From: Eledone cirrhosa | Lineage: Eukaryota | NCBI GenBank assembly: GCA_964016885.1 | Contig: OZ024740.1 | Coordinates: forward strand, 437,596,001-437,660,000 | DNA length: 64,000 nucleotides | Reading direction: 5' to 3' | Shown: positions 11,421 to 22,655 of the stretch, in pieces | Numbering within the stretch: the first letter of the stretch is position 1 | Layout of the letters: the number at the start of each line of letters is the position of its first letter | Notes under the pieces: model-generated | What the model was told of the DNA's origin: nothing | Databases searched by the model: none | The model's input: only the letters and a program-made list of their open reading frames with translations | Translations under genes and position numbers: made by a program

Positions 11421-13186
11421 GACAAAGGTAAAGGTGATGCACTAGATAGAGGAAACTATAGAGGTATAAAGCTGATGGACCAGGTCATGAAAGTAACAGA
11501 AAGAATTATAGCATAGTTGATTAGAGACCGGGTGAAACTAGATGAGATGCAATTTGGGTTTGTACCAGGAAGAGGCACCACTGATGCCCTCTTCTTTGTG
11601 AGGCAGTTACAGGAAAAGTACCTAGCTAAAAGTAAGCCACTCTACCTGGCATTTGTCGACCTTGAGAAAGCCTTTGACAGAGTTCCACGTGCAGTAATCT
11701 GGTGGGCTCTTAGAAAACTAGGAGTAGATGAATGGCTTGTGAAAGCGGTACAAGCCATGTATAGGGGAGCAGTCAGCAAAGTTAGGATTAGCAATGAGTA
11801 TAGCGAGGAATTTAGCGTACAGGTTGGGGTCCACCAGGGCTCTGTTCTTAGCCCTCTCCTGTTCATCATAGTCCTGCAGGCAATAACAGAGGAGTTTAAG
11901 ACCGGATGCCCATGAGAACTCCTGTATGCAGATGACCTCGCACTCATAGCTTAATCTATGGTAGAACTAGAGAAGAAATTCCAAACTTGGAAGCAGGGAC
12001 TAGAAAGAAAGGGTCTCAAAGTCAACATGACAAAGACTAAGGTCCTTGTAAGTAGATGAGAAAACAGAACCCAGATCCCCTCAGGGAAATGGCCTTGCTC
12101 AGTATGTAGGAAAGGTGTAGGTAGGAACTCCATTCTCTGCCCCAAATGCAAACAATGGGTACACAAGAGATGTAGCGGGATCTCAGGAAGCTTAATTAAG
12201 AATGTGGGCTTCACATGTAGCAGCTGTGCTGGGACAGCAAGCAGCAAACAGCCACAGGAAACAAGTACCACCAATCTCTGGGAGGGCTCTGTAGAAACAG
12301 TAGACAGCTTCTGCTACCTAGGTGACCGAATTAGCAGCGGAGGTGGGTGTTCAGAAAGTACAATAACTAGGGTAAGAACGGGATGGAAGAAGTTCAGGGA
12401 ACTACTGCCGCTGTTAGCTGCAAAAGGCTTCTCCCTCAAAATGAAAGGCAGACTGTATGGTGCGTGTATCCGAACAGCAGTGTTACATGGTAGTGAGACC
12501 TGGGCACTGAAGGTGGAACACTTATGTAGATTAGAAAGAAACGAAGCCTGCATGCTCCGATGTATGTGTAATAGTAATATACGCGAACGACAAAGCATAA
12601 ATGAATTGAGAGAGAGACTGAGCATAAGAGGAATCAAATGTTGTGTGCAGGAGAGGCAGTTGCGTTGGTATGGACATGTGATGTGTATGAAGGACGGCAG
12701 CTGCATAAGAAGAGTACTAGAAGTCAATGGAAACCGCGGAGTGGGGACCCAAGAAGACCTGGGATGAGATGATAAAAGCCGACCTTACCCAATTACACCT
12801 CTCAAAGGCGATGACACACGACCGTGACCTCTGGTGTCACGCAGTAATATAGAGTACCCGACCTCCCTAGGCTACAAGCTGAAGCATATAGACAATATGC
12901 CCCCACACCTCCCACTGCAAAGTGGTTGTGGAGGTGCCACGGCAAAAAAGCACCCAGCCCTCACTGTAAAGTGGACGTGTAGGCGCCACGAAAAAGCACT
13001 CAGCACTCACTGTAAATGAGGTTGGTGTTAGGAAGGGCATCCAGCTGTAGAAATCAAGCCAAATCAGTTCCTGTATGAGCAAGGCATGGTCAGCCGACCA
13101 GACACTGCTCACAACAGGACAACCCGTCTAACCCAAGCTGGCATGGAAGAACGGACGTAAAACGGTGATGATGATGATGATGATGA
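11421..13186 (+). pseudogene. RTE family A, 5'-truncated, RT with several in-frame stops
   Basis: KGKGDALDRGNYRGIKL..QFGF..FVDLEKAFDRVP..QGSVLSP..YADDL..PHD..YLG..LRWYGHV, with premature stops (for example at 11514 and 11913). About 300-nt 3'UTR and (GAT)n tail. Confidence 0.95.
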
Positions 13187-13296
13187 CAGACAGACAGACA
13201 GACACAGACATACATATACATACATACATATATATATATACACACACACACAGATATACACGCACACAGACGCACATATACATATATATATATATA

Positions 13297-15028
13297 TCAT
13301 CATCATCATCATCATCATCACCGTTTTACGTCCGTTCTTCCACGCTAGCATGGGTTAGACGGGTTGTCCTGTTGTGTGCAGTGTCTGGTCGGCTGACCAT
13401 GCCTTGCTCATACAGGAACTGGTCTAGCTTGATTTCTACAGCTGGATGCCCTTCCTAACACCAACCTCATTTACAGTGAGTGCTGGGTGCTTTTTCGTGG
13501 CGCCTACACGTCCACTTTACAGTGTGGGCTGGGTGCTTTTTTGCCGTGGCACCTCCACGACCACCTTGCAGTGGGGGGGAGTGGGGGCATATTGTTTATA
13601 TGCTTCAGCATGTACCCATGGGAGGTCGGGTACCCTGTATTACTGCGTGACGCCAGAAGTCACGGTCGTGTGTCATTGACTTTGAGAGGTGTAGTTGGGT
13701 AAGGTCGGCTTTTATCACCTCATCCCAAGTCATCTTGGGTCTCCCCACTCCGCGGTTTCCATCAACTTCTAGTGCTCTGCACGTTTTTATGCAGCTGTCA
13801 TCCTTCATACGCATCACATGTCCATACCAGCGTAACCGCCTCTCCTGCACGCCGCATTTGATTCCTCTTATGCTCAGTCTCTCTCTCAATTCCTTTATGC
13901 TTTGTCGTTCACGTATATTACTGTTACACATCCATCGGAGCATGCAGGCTTCGTTTCTCTCTAATCTACGTAAGTCTTCCACCTTCAGCGCCCAGGTCTC
14001 ACTACCATGCAACATCGCTGTTCGGATACACGCATCATACAGTCTGCCTTTCATTCTGAGGGAGAAGCCTTTTGCAGCTAGCAGTGGTAGTAGTTCCCTA
14101 AACTTCTTCCATCCCGTTCTTACCCTAGTTATTGTACTTTCTGAGCACCCACCTCCGTTGCTAATTCGGTCACCTAGGTAGCAGAAGCTGTCTACTGTTT
14201 CTACAGGGCCCTCCCAGAGATTGGTGGTACTTGCTTCCTGTGGCTGTTTGCTTGCTGTTTCAGCACAGCTGCTGCATGTGAAGCCTACATTCTTAATTAA
14301 GCTTCCTGAGATCCCGCTACATCTCTTGTGTACCCATTGTTTGCATTTGGGGCAGAGAATGGAGTTCCTACCTACACCTTTCCTACATACTGAGCAAGGC
14401 CATTTCCCTGAGGGGATCTGGGTTCTGTTTTCTCGTCTACTTACAAGGACCTTAGTCTTTGTCATGTTGACTTTGAGGCCCTTTCTCTCTAGTCCCTGCT
14501 TCCAGGTTTGGAATTTATTCTCTAGTTCTACCATAGATTCAGCTATGAGTGCGAGGTCATCAGCATACAGGAGTTCCCATGGGCATCCGGTCTTAAACTC
14601 CTCTGTTATTGCCTGCAGGACTATGATGAACAGGAGAGGGCTAAGAACAGAGCCCTGGTGGACCCCAACCTGTACGCTAAATTCCTCGCTATACTCATTG
14701 CTAATCCTAACTTTGCTGACTGCTCCCCTATACATGGCTTGTACCGCTTTCACAAGCCATTCATCTACTCCTAGTTTTCTAAGAGCCCACCAGATTACTG
14801 CACGTGGAACTCTGTCAAAGGCTTTCTCAAGGTCGACAAATGCCAAGTAGTGTGGCTTACTTTTAACTAGGTACTTTTCCTGTAATTGCCTCACAAGGAA
14901 GAGGGCATCAGTGGTGCCTCTCCCTGGTACAAACCCAAATTGCATCTCGTCTATATTCACCCGGTCCCTAATTAGCTGTGCTATAACTCTTTCTGTTACT
15001 TTCATGACCTGGTCCATCAACTTTATAC

Positions 15029-15034
<6 letters not shown>
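13297..15034 (-). mobile_element. RTE family A, 5'-truncated, young copy
   Basis: Inverted near-copy of 11421-13186. The RT frame is uninterrupted and the element is flanked by (TA)n. Confidence 0.95.
13605..15020 (-). CDS. RTE-A reverse transcriptase, PHD finger and C-terminal domain (partial, no endonuclease)
   Basis: 471-aa open frame with QFGF, DLEKAFD, QGSVLSP, YADD and YLG motifs plus a C4HC3 insert. It is a truncation product with no native start. Confidence 0.85.
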   Translation of the reverse strand: MMDQVMKVTERVIAQLIRDRVNIDEMQFGFVPGRGTTDALFLVRQLQEKYLVKSKPHYLAFVDLEKAFDRVPRAVIWWALRKLGVDEWLVKAVQAMYRGAVSKVRISNEYSEEFSVQVGVHQGSVLSPLLFIIVLQAITEEFKTGCPWELLYADDLALIAESMVELENKFQTWKQGLERKGLKVNMTKTKVLVSRRENRTQIPSGKWPCSVCRKGVGRNSILCPKCKQWVHKRCSGISGSLIKNVGFTCSSCAETASKQPQEASTTNLWEGPVETVDSFCYLGDRISNGGGCSESTITRVRTGWKKFRELLPLLAAKGFSLRMKGRLYDACIRTAMLHGSETWALKVEDLRRLERNEACMLRWMCNSNIRERQSIKELRERLSIRGIKCGVQERRLRWYGHVMRMKDDSCIKTCRALEVDGNRGVGRPKMTWDEVIKADLTQLHLSKSMTHDRDFWRHAVIQGTRPPMGTC

Positions 15035-15061
<27 letters not shown>

Positions 15062-15065
<4 letters not shown>

Positions 15066-15625
15066 GACAGGGGGGAAGAAAAAATGACTTCACTTGTGCT
15101 TTCAAGAAATTTATTTTCTTCACAAAATCCAAAAAGAATTTTTCTTAAAAAAAATTATTTTATAAATTAAGTTGTTGGTTGTTGGTTAGGTCTTAGGAGT
15201 TCTTGGTTAACGTAGGAGGTATTGGTTCGTTTTTAGAAAGACCTTTCACGCTGAGGTGCGCTTGTCAAACTGATGTGTATGTGGTGTGTATATATATAGG
15301 GATTTAACATGGCCTGTGGTGTGGTGGGGGTTTCTTTTCTCCCCCTTTAATAAGTGCATGGGTGTAGGTGTGTTGAAAAAGTGTTCATAGCAGTAATGAG
15401 TTGAGACGGTGAGTAGGGTTGGGTGGGGAGAAATGTAGCAAGTGCGGCCTGCCTCGGTCATTCTCGAAAAATTCCTTTATTCAGGGGAAAAAGCTTTTAG
15501 TATTGCTTTTGTGTTGAGAATGGTCACAGGCAAATCGCACCTGTCAAGTTTGTGAATAATTATTTTTTTATTTTTTTCCTGAAGAATTTTTCTACGTCCA
15601 TCCCAAAGTTAGTCCTTTGTTCAAC
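15062..15625 (-). mobile_element. Possible Penelope-like remnant with a CpG-decayed hammerhead
   Basis: Minus strand TTGACAA-GCGC-ACCTCA-GCGT-GAAA-GGTC at 15240-15270 resembles CTGACGA..GAAA. The segment is bounded by microsatellites. Confidence 0.3.
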
Positions 15626-15843
15626 ACACACATATGTGCGCATATACGTACATACACACACGGGCATATGTAGGAATATATAGGCACACACCATCAATCA
15701 CACACCCATGCACAAATAAATCCACATGCATACACAAAAACATATAGAGACACATATAAAAACACACATATACATACGTACACACACGAATATGTACTCA
15801 TACCTCCACATGGGTATATATATATATATACATACACATACAC

Positions 15844-15896
<53 letters not shown>

Positions 15897-16123
15897 CATA
15901 TACACATACACACACATATACACACACACATATATATATATATATACACACACACATATATATATATATACATATATACATACATATACATACATATACA
16001 CACATAAAGATACATAACTAAATATACATATATACACATACACGCACACATACACACACGCATGTGTATACACACACACACACACACACACATATGTCCG
16101 TATATATATATATATATATATAT
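15625..16123. repeat. (CA)/(TA) compound microsatellite
   Basis: Directly visible. Confidence 0.95.
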
Positions 16124-16333
16124 ATGGCTTAGTGGTTAGAGCATTAGCCTTGCAATCAAAAGGTTATGAGTTCAATTCTCAGACCGGGTGATGTGTTGTT
16201 TCCTTGAGCAAGACACTTTATTTCCCATTGCTCCAGTTTGCTCAGCTGTAGAAATCAAGCCAGAATCAGTTCCCTTCCCACCCTTGCAAGCAGGGAAAAG
16301 GCGGATGTAAAATGAAATGATGATAATGATGAT
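16124..16333 (+). mobile_element. SINE family 1 with internal deletion
   Basis: Head and CORE are joined directly to the tail. The deletion lies between the two CAGCTGTAGAAAT repeats. Confidence 0.9.
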
Positions 16334-16417
16334 CATGTCTGCAGTTGTCTGGTAGAATGGGTTGGATAAAAGGTTTTGAGGCAATATTTTATGGCTAGAT
16401 ACCCTTCTTGATATCAA

Positions 16418-17367
16418 CATCATCATCATCATCATCACCGTTTTACGTCCGTTCTTCCACGCTAGCATGGGTTAGACGGGTTGTCCTGTTGTGGGCAGTG
16501 TCTGGTCGGCTGACCATGCCTTGCTCATACAGGAACTGATTTGGCTTGATTTCTACAGCTGGATGCCCTTCCTAACACTAACCTCATTTACAGTGAGTGC
16601 TGGGTGCTTTTTCGTGGCGCCTACACATCCACTTTACAGTGTGGGCTGGGTGCTTTTTTGCCGTGGCACCTCCACGACCACCTTGCAGTGGGGGCATATT
16701 GTCTATATGCTTCAGCTTGTACCCATGGGAGGTCGGGTACTCTGTATTACTGCATGACGCCAGAGATCACGGTCGTGTGTCATCGCCTTTGAGAGGTGTA
16801 ATTGGGTAAGGTCGGCTTTTATCACCTCATCCCAGGTCATCTTGGGTCTCCCCACTCCGCGGTTTCCATCGACTTCTAGTGCTCTGCACCTTTTTATGCA
16901 GCTGTCATCCTTCATACGCATCATATGTCCATACCAACGCAACCGCCTCTCCTGCACACAGCATTTGATTCCTCTTATGCTCAGTCTCTCTCTCAATTCA
17001 TTTATGCTTTGTCGTTCGCGTATATTACTATTACACATCCATCGGAGTATGCAGGCTTCATTTCTCTCTAATCTACGTAAGTCTTCCATCTTCAGCGCCC
17101 AGGTCTCACTACCATGCAACATCGCTGTTCGGATACACGCATCATACAGTCTGCCTTTCATTTTGAGGAAGAAGCCTTTTGCAGCTAGCAGTGGTAGTAG
17201 TTTCCTAAACTTCTTCCATCCCGTTCTTACCCTAGTTATTGTACTTTCTGAACACCCACCTCCGCTGCTAATTCGGTCACCTAGGTAGCAGAAGCTGTCT
17301 ACTGTTTCTACAGAGCCCTCCCAGAGATTGGTGGTACTTGTTTCCTGTGGCTGTTTGCTGCTTGCTG
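16418..17367 (-). mobile_element. RTE family A 3' fragment
   Basis: Open frame [34 protein letters not shown], followed by the 3'UTR and tail. Confidence 0.95.
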
Positions 17368-17781
17368 CCAACACTTGATGATATTTTTCTTTTACACAAG
17401 ATTTAGGGAGCAAACATGTTATCTTCATATCTTTCCTTATTAGACTTAACAGTCCTATTTAGAATTCAAAAGTGGATTGAAATTACCTGTTATTGTTCTT
17501 TAGTGCAAAATTAGTCCTGGCACCCTCCCCCTTTTTTTTTCATGCATTGTATATCTAAGACTGCATTATCCAATGTGTCTATGATTTGAGGGATAGATGT
17601 TATCTATTCTTAGCATGGTGTAACCATGTAAAAATTCCCCTATAAATTTAGCTGGTAGTGATTCTTTACACATTGAAGAAGACACTAACCATGTCTCCAT
17701 ACTTCAGCCATCTTGTATTTTATAATTCTTCTATTAGTAATCATTTAACTTTTACCATATTGTTAATGGAATACTCTGTTG

Positions 17782-18080
17782 TCATCATCATCATCATCAT
17801 CATCAACATTTAACGCCCATTTTTTCCATGCTAGCATGGGTTGGATGCGCTGTCCTGTTGCAAGACAATTTAGGTCAGATGACTATCTTGCTCATACAGA
17901 ACTGATTTTGGCTTGGTTGCTAACGCTAACCACATTTACAGTGTGGGCTTGGTGCCTTTTGTCATGTCACCTACACGACCACTTTACAGTGTGGGCTGGG
18001 GGATTTTTGTCATGACTCCTACACGACCACTTTACAGTGTGGACTGGCTACTTTTTGTTGTGTCTCCTGCATGACTACAT
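17782..18080 (-). mobile_element. Old RTE-tail element with tandem ~43-bp subunits
   Basis: (CAT)n tail, TTCCATGCTAGCATGGGTT and repeated CCTACACGACCACTTTACAGTGTGG units. Confidence 0.7.
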
Positions 18081-19732
18081 TTTAATTAATGTGGTATTTG
18101 GAGGCATTTACGAAAATTATTTATTATTTCCTTATTAGGGTGGTTTTTGTACCACCCAGTCTGATCAGAAATCACCGAGTGTAACTGGAGCTCACCCACT
18201 GATGCACCTACACTCTATGGCAGACAAAGAGAAAGAGCCTTTTGCTGTCCAAGATATGGACCCTATCACTAATTTCCTCCTGCTCACATCACATCATAAT
18301 CCCCATACTTATGGCAAGGCCCCAATAACACCACGGAAAGATTTTAAATTTTTATAGGAACCTTTTAAGGTGTGTAGTTTTTATATCCTAGAACTATTGT
18401 CAGTTTTTGGCATGTTGGTATCATAAGGACTCAGTGGTTTAATACTCGCCCACCTCTCTCAGACAAGAGCTGTAAAACTTCTTGATAGCATTGTAGTATT
18501 TTAATTTATATGTTGTGAATTCATATTTGCTGCTAGAGTTTTGTTATGTCTAAGAGAAGAACATTTAAATTTATATGCATCCGTTCACTTAGCTATTGGG
18601 AATTGATAGATCTTCTGGGAGTTTTACCTATTTGTATCTTATTCAGAGGCATTAGCTTTATGAGCCTCTGTGACACACATGGAAGCATTAACTATTACCA
18701 TTGTTTATGAGCATATCAAACACAAATCGTGTAAATATCCAAATTTTCAAAAATATTTACATTTGTTTTAATATAAGAAAATGAATGTAAGCACTATCGA
18801 AGGTTTTGATTTTAAAAACTTTCTTTTTTAAATATTTCCTCTTTAACTTTATTTATTCTTTAAAAGTTCCTTGTAGGTTTAGTTTTTAATTTATGTATTA
18901 ATGATTGAAAACATAATATTCAAGAGTAAAATAGATTTATAACAATGAAATAATTGTATAAAAGAGAGAAATGAGAATTTTTGGCATTTATACCTTTCTC
19001 AAGAGTTTTACTGATATAACTGAAGTGAATTAACCTCAACTGGGAGCTGACATCTATTTACAGGGAGATTACATATTGCTTTCTCTGCTAGCTTTATTAT
19101 AAGTATTCAAATGAAATGAGAGTTGTTTTGATAGTCTTTAATATTGATGGATGGGACAGGGAGAGTAGTGTGTGGGGAAGGGGCCATATGGTCAAAGTGC
19201 CAATATACATACTAACCCTTCTTATGGCAATGCAGGGATACAGCACACCCCGCTAAACCACACATACATTGAATGGTATATTTTACAAAAGTGAAAATTA
19301 CTTAGTTACCAGTTTATGACAGGAATTTCATTTCTTGCTTCAAAGACTTAAAAAGATTTTTTTTTTCTCCTCAAAGTTTTATAGAAGAGATTACCAGGAC
19401 GAGACATCTCTAGTCTGCTTTCAGACATATACACATACATGTACACACACATACACATATGTATATATACACATACATACACACAACACATAAATATACA
19501 CATACATACTCATACATACACACACACACACTCATACACATTCATGTACACAGACACACGTATATATACACATACAAACAACACAAACATACACATTCAT
19601 ACTTATACATACACACACTCATACACACCTTTACATAATCATCATCATCATATATGTATATTCTCTCTTCTTTGCTCCTCTCTCAGTAATGTTATGGTCT
19701 TTAGAATCTACAAATAATAATAATAATAATAA

Positions 19733-19950
19733 TAATTGTTTCTGATTTAGGCACAAGGTCAGCAATTTTGGGGGAGGAGCAAGTCGATTAAATTGACCCC
19801 AGTGCATTACTGATGCTTTATTTTATCGACCCAGTAAGAATGAAAGGCAACGCTAACCTCGGCGGGATTTAAAATCAGAACATAAAGGGACATAACTCTA
19901 TGCCACGAAGCATGTTGTCCGGTGCTCTACCGATTGTTGCCAATCCACTG
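19733..19950 (-). mobile_element. SINE family 2 (older variant)
   Basis: TTTATCGACCC..GAATGAAAGGCAAC..CTCGGCGGGATTT and an (AAT)n tail. Confidence 0.8.
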
Positions 19951-20412
19951 CAATGATAAACAGAATATATAATATATCTATGTAACAGATAAACCAGGTT
20001 AAAGTATCTGATATGAGTTTGTAACTTTTCAAATAAGTGTCTTTCCTAAGCAGTTCACAAACAAAGGTTATTTTTCTTAAATGGTGTCCTTATACATTGA
20101 ACGACATACAGCACAACACACCAATCATTTTACGGCTATTTTCCCTATTAAAGCAGGGGTTAGCTTTATAGGCTCAATGATGCTGATCATGAGCTGCTTT
20201 CTAAAGTAATACTTAAGTTGATTTTCATGACAATGCAGAGATGTAATGTATGTATGGTCGTGTAACTTTTGAGGGGGCCATGTGTTGACAGTGTTCTAGG
20301 GCATTTTTAAACCTGGCAGATCCCATCTCTCCAGGTCTGAATACAGCAGATTTCTCCTAGAGAAGGATAAAGAGATAAGAAAAGAATAGAAGTGAGAAAG
20401 AGATATAGAGGA

Positions 20413-20530
20413 AGAATTGACCCCAGTACTTGACTGGTACTTTTTTATCAACCTTGAATGGATGAAGGGCTAAGTTGAACTCAGCGGGATTTGAACTGAG
20501 AAAGATCAGAGGGCCAAAACAAATACCTTA
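20413..20530 (-). mobile_element. Degenerate SINE family 2 fragment
   Basis: CTGGTACTTT..GGATGAAGGGC..GCGGGATTTGAACTGAG. Confidence 0.65.
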
Positions 20531-21390
20531 CTCTATATTTACTATTGTATTTTTGTGGTAAAGGCTTTATCTTACATAATTATCTCACATAATATTGAAT
20601 CTATGAGATTTTGATATTATTTTTTTAGAACAATACCTTAACATCAGTATAAATGGGCAGTTACAGCCGGTTTAAAAAGAAAGAGGTGAGAGAATTCTGA
20701 CCGGTTTAAATGTTAAAGGGTTATGGCTGACTTGAAGCTAACCAATAACAACTGTAATGTTCCAGTTGACATATGCGGATATATTTCTCTTTAATGACTG
20801 CAATAAACAAGTGTTTTAAAGCATGGGTTAGCTTTGTGCGCCCCACATTATGAGGTCCTTTTTGAAGAAATGTTTTATGGTTGGACGTCTTTCTTAGTGT
20901 CAACTCTTTTAGGCACCTCTTACAACATGCAAATTTGTGGTGTACCTATTCTAGACCAGATAAATACAACTTTTTTTATGACAAATTGAAATAATAAATT
21001 TTAGTCATTAACGATTTAATGACTAAAATTTATCATTTTAATGTGTTGTTAAAACATATTTAAGAATATGAAAACCCTTTAATAGATTATAGAATATAGA
21101 TATATATTCCATTAGTGGAATTTACACATCACAACGAAAACTGAATATTTTCTCTAGTTTAATTAGCTTCCACAAGCACAAAATCCAATGTAATAATCAA
21201 TTTCTGTATAACAGTTTAAAAAGGTAAACAGGTTTACCTAAAAGTCTGTTACACTTTTCATCAGCGTTTAATGTATGTTGCTTATTTGAAACCTATGAAT
21301 GGATTAAGGAAGAGGGCTGCTCCTTAAACCTCTCTTTCTATACAATCATAATGAGTGTTATATCTAAATATATAAGGTTAGTAATTAGTT

Positions 21391-21443
<53 letters not shown>

Positions 21444-21603
21444 ATAATGTTGACTGAATGTTGGACAATCAAGAATCTATGCCCTTTGGTCTTCATATCA
21501 CTAACTTTGTAAAATACTATCTGATGAGGACCTACCAACATATGTTATTCTTATGTAACAATCATCTAATGCCTCTAAAATGTACATAATGGTCGTTATG
21601 AAC

Positions 21604-21790
21604 TGAGGACATGGTTTTTATGGCTGGATGCCCTTCCTAACACCAACCACTTAACAGTATGTACTGAGAGCATGGTTTCTACAGCTAGATATCCTTCTTA
21701 ACACCAATCACATTACATTTTGTACTAGGAGCATGCTTTCTATGACTGGATGTCCTTCTTAACACCAACCACTTTACTGTATAGACTGAA
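21604..21790 (-). repeat. Three tandem ~61-bp copies of the RTE/SINE motif GGTTGGTGTTAGGAAGGGCATCCAGC
   Basis: Units start at about 21610, 21671 and 21732. Confidence 0.8.
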
Positions 21791-21942
21791 AAGTAACTTC
21801 AGTCTTATTTTCAGTCATTTCTAACATCTTATGAGAAAAGGTAATGGAGTATTTGAAACTAAGTGTTCATTGGTTATTTCAGTGGGTTTCTTGTAATATC
21901 AGGAGACTACAGTTGTTGACAAAGAACTGATCCAATCTCGTT

Positions 21943-22655
21943 GAATATTTTCTATGGTAGCCTAGAGACCTCTGAATATTTTATCTGGAAGCCTAGTTAC
22001 CTCTGGATATTTTATGTGGTAGCCTAGTTACCTCTGGATATTTTGTGTGGTAGCCTAGTTACCTCTGGATATTTTGTATGGTAGCCTAGTGACCTCTGGA
22101 TATTTTGTATGGTAGCCTAGTGACATCTCAATATTTTCTATAGTAGCCTAGTGACTTCTCAATATTTTCTGTGGTAGCCTAGAACCTTCTGAATATTTTA
22201 TCTGGTAGCCTAGAGACCTCTGGATATTTTGTATGGTAGCCTAGAGACCTCTGGATATTTTATCTGGTAGCCTAGAGACCTCTGGATATTTTATCTGGTA
22301 GCCTAGAGACCTCTGGATATTTTGTATGGTAGCCTAGAGACCTCTGGATATTTTGTATGGTAGCCTAGAGACCTCTGGATATTTTATCTGGTAGCCTAGA
22401 GACCTCTGGATATTTTGTATGGTAGCCTAGAGACCTCTGGATATTTTATCTGGTAGCCTAGAGACCTCTGGATATTTTGTATGGTAGCCTAGAGACCTCT
22501 GGATATTTTGTATGGTAACCTAGAGACCTCTGGATATTTTATATGGTAGCCTAGAGACCTCTGGATATTTTATATGATAGCCTAGAGACCTCTGGATATT
22601 TTATCTGGTAGCCTAGAAACTTCTGAATATTTTCTATGGTAGTCTGGAGACCTCT
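21943..22655. repeat. 31-bp minisatellite, about 23 copies (GGTAGCCTAGAGACCTCTGGATATTTTRTMT)
   Basis: Contiguous head-to-tail units, homogeneous in the centre and right part and diverged at the edges. Confidence 0.97.

Noticed and set aside
13735-14850. Recurrent antisense ORFs (MGLPTPRF.., MEFLPTPF..) over RTE copies
   Set aside because: They are shadows of the RT frame that recur only because the copies are homologous. They show no independent motifs.
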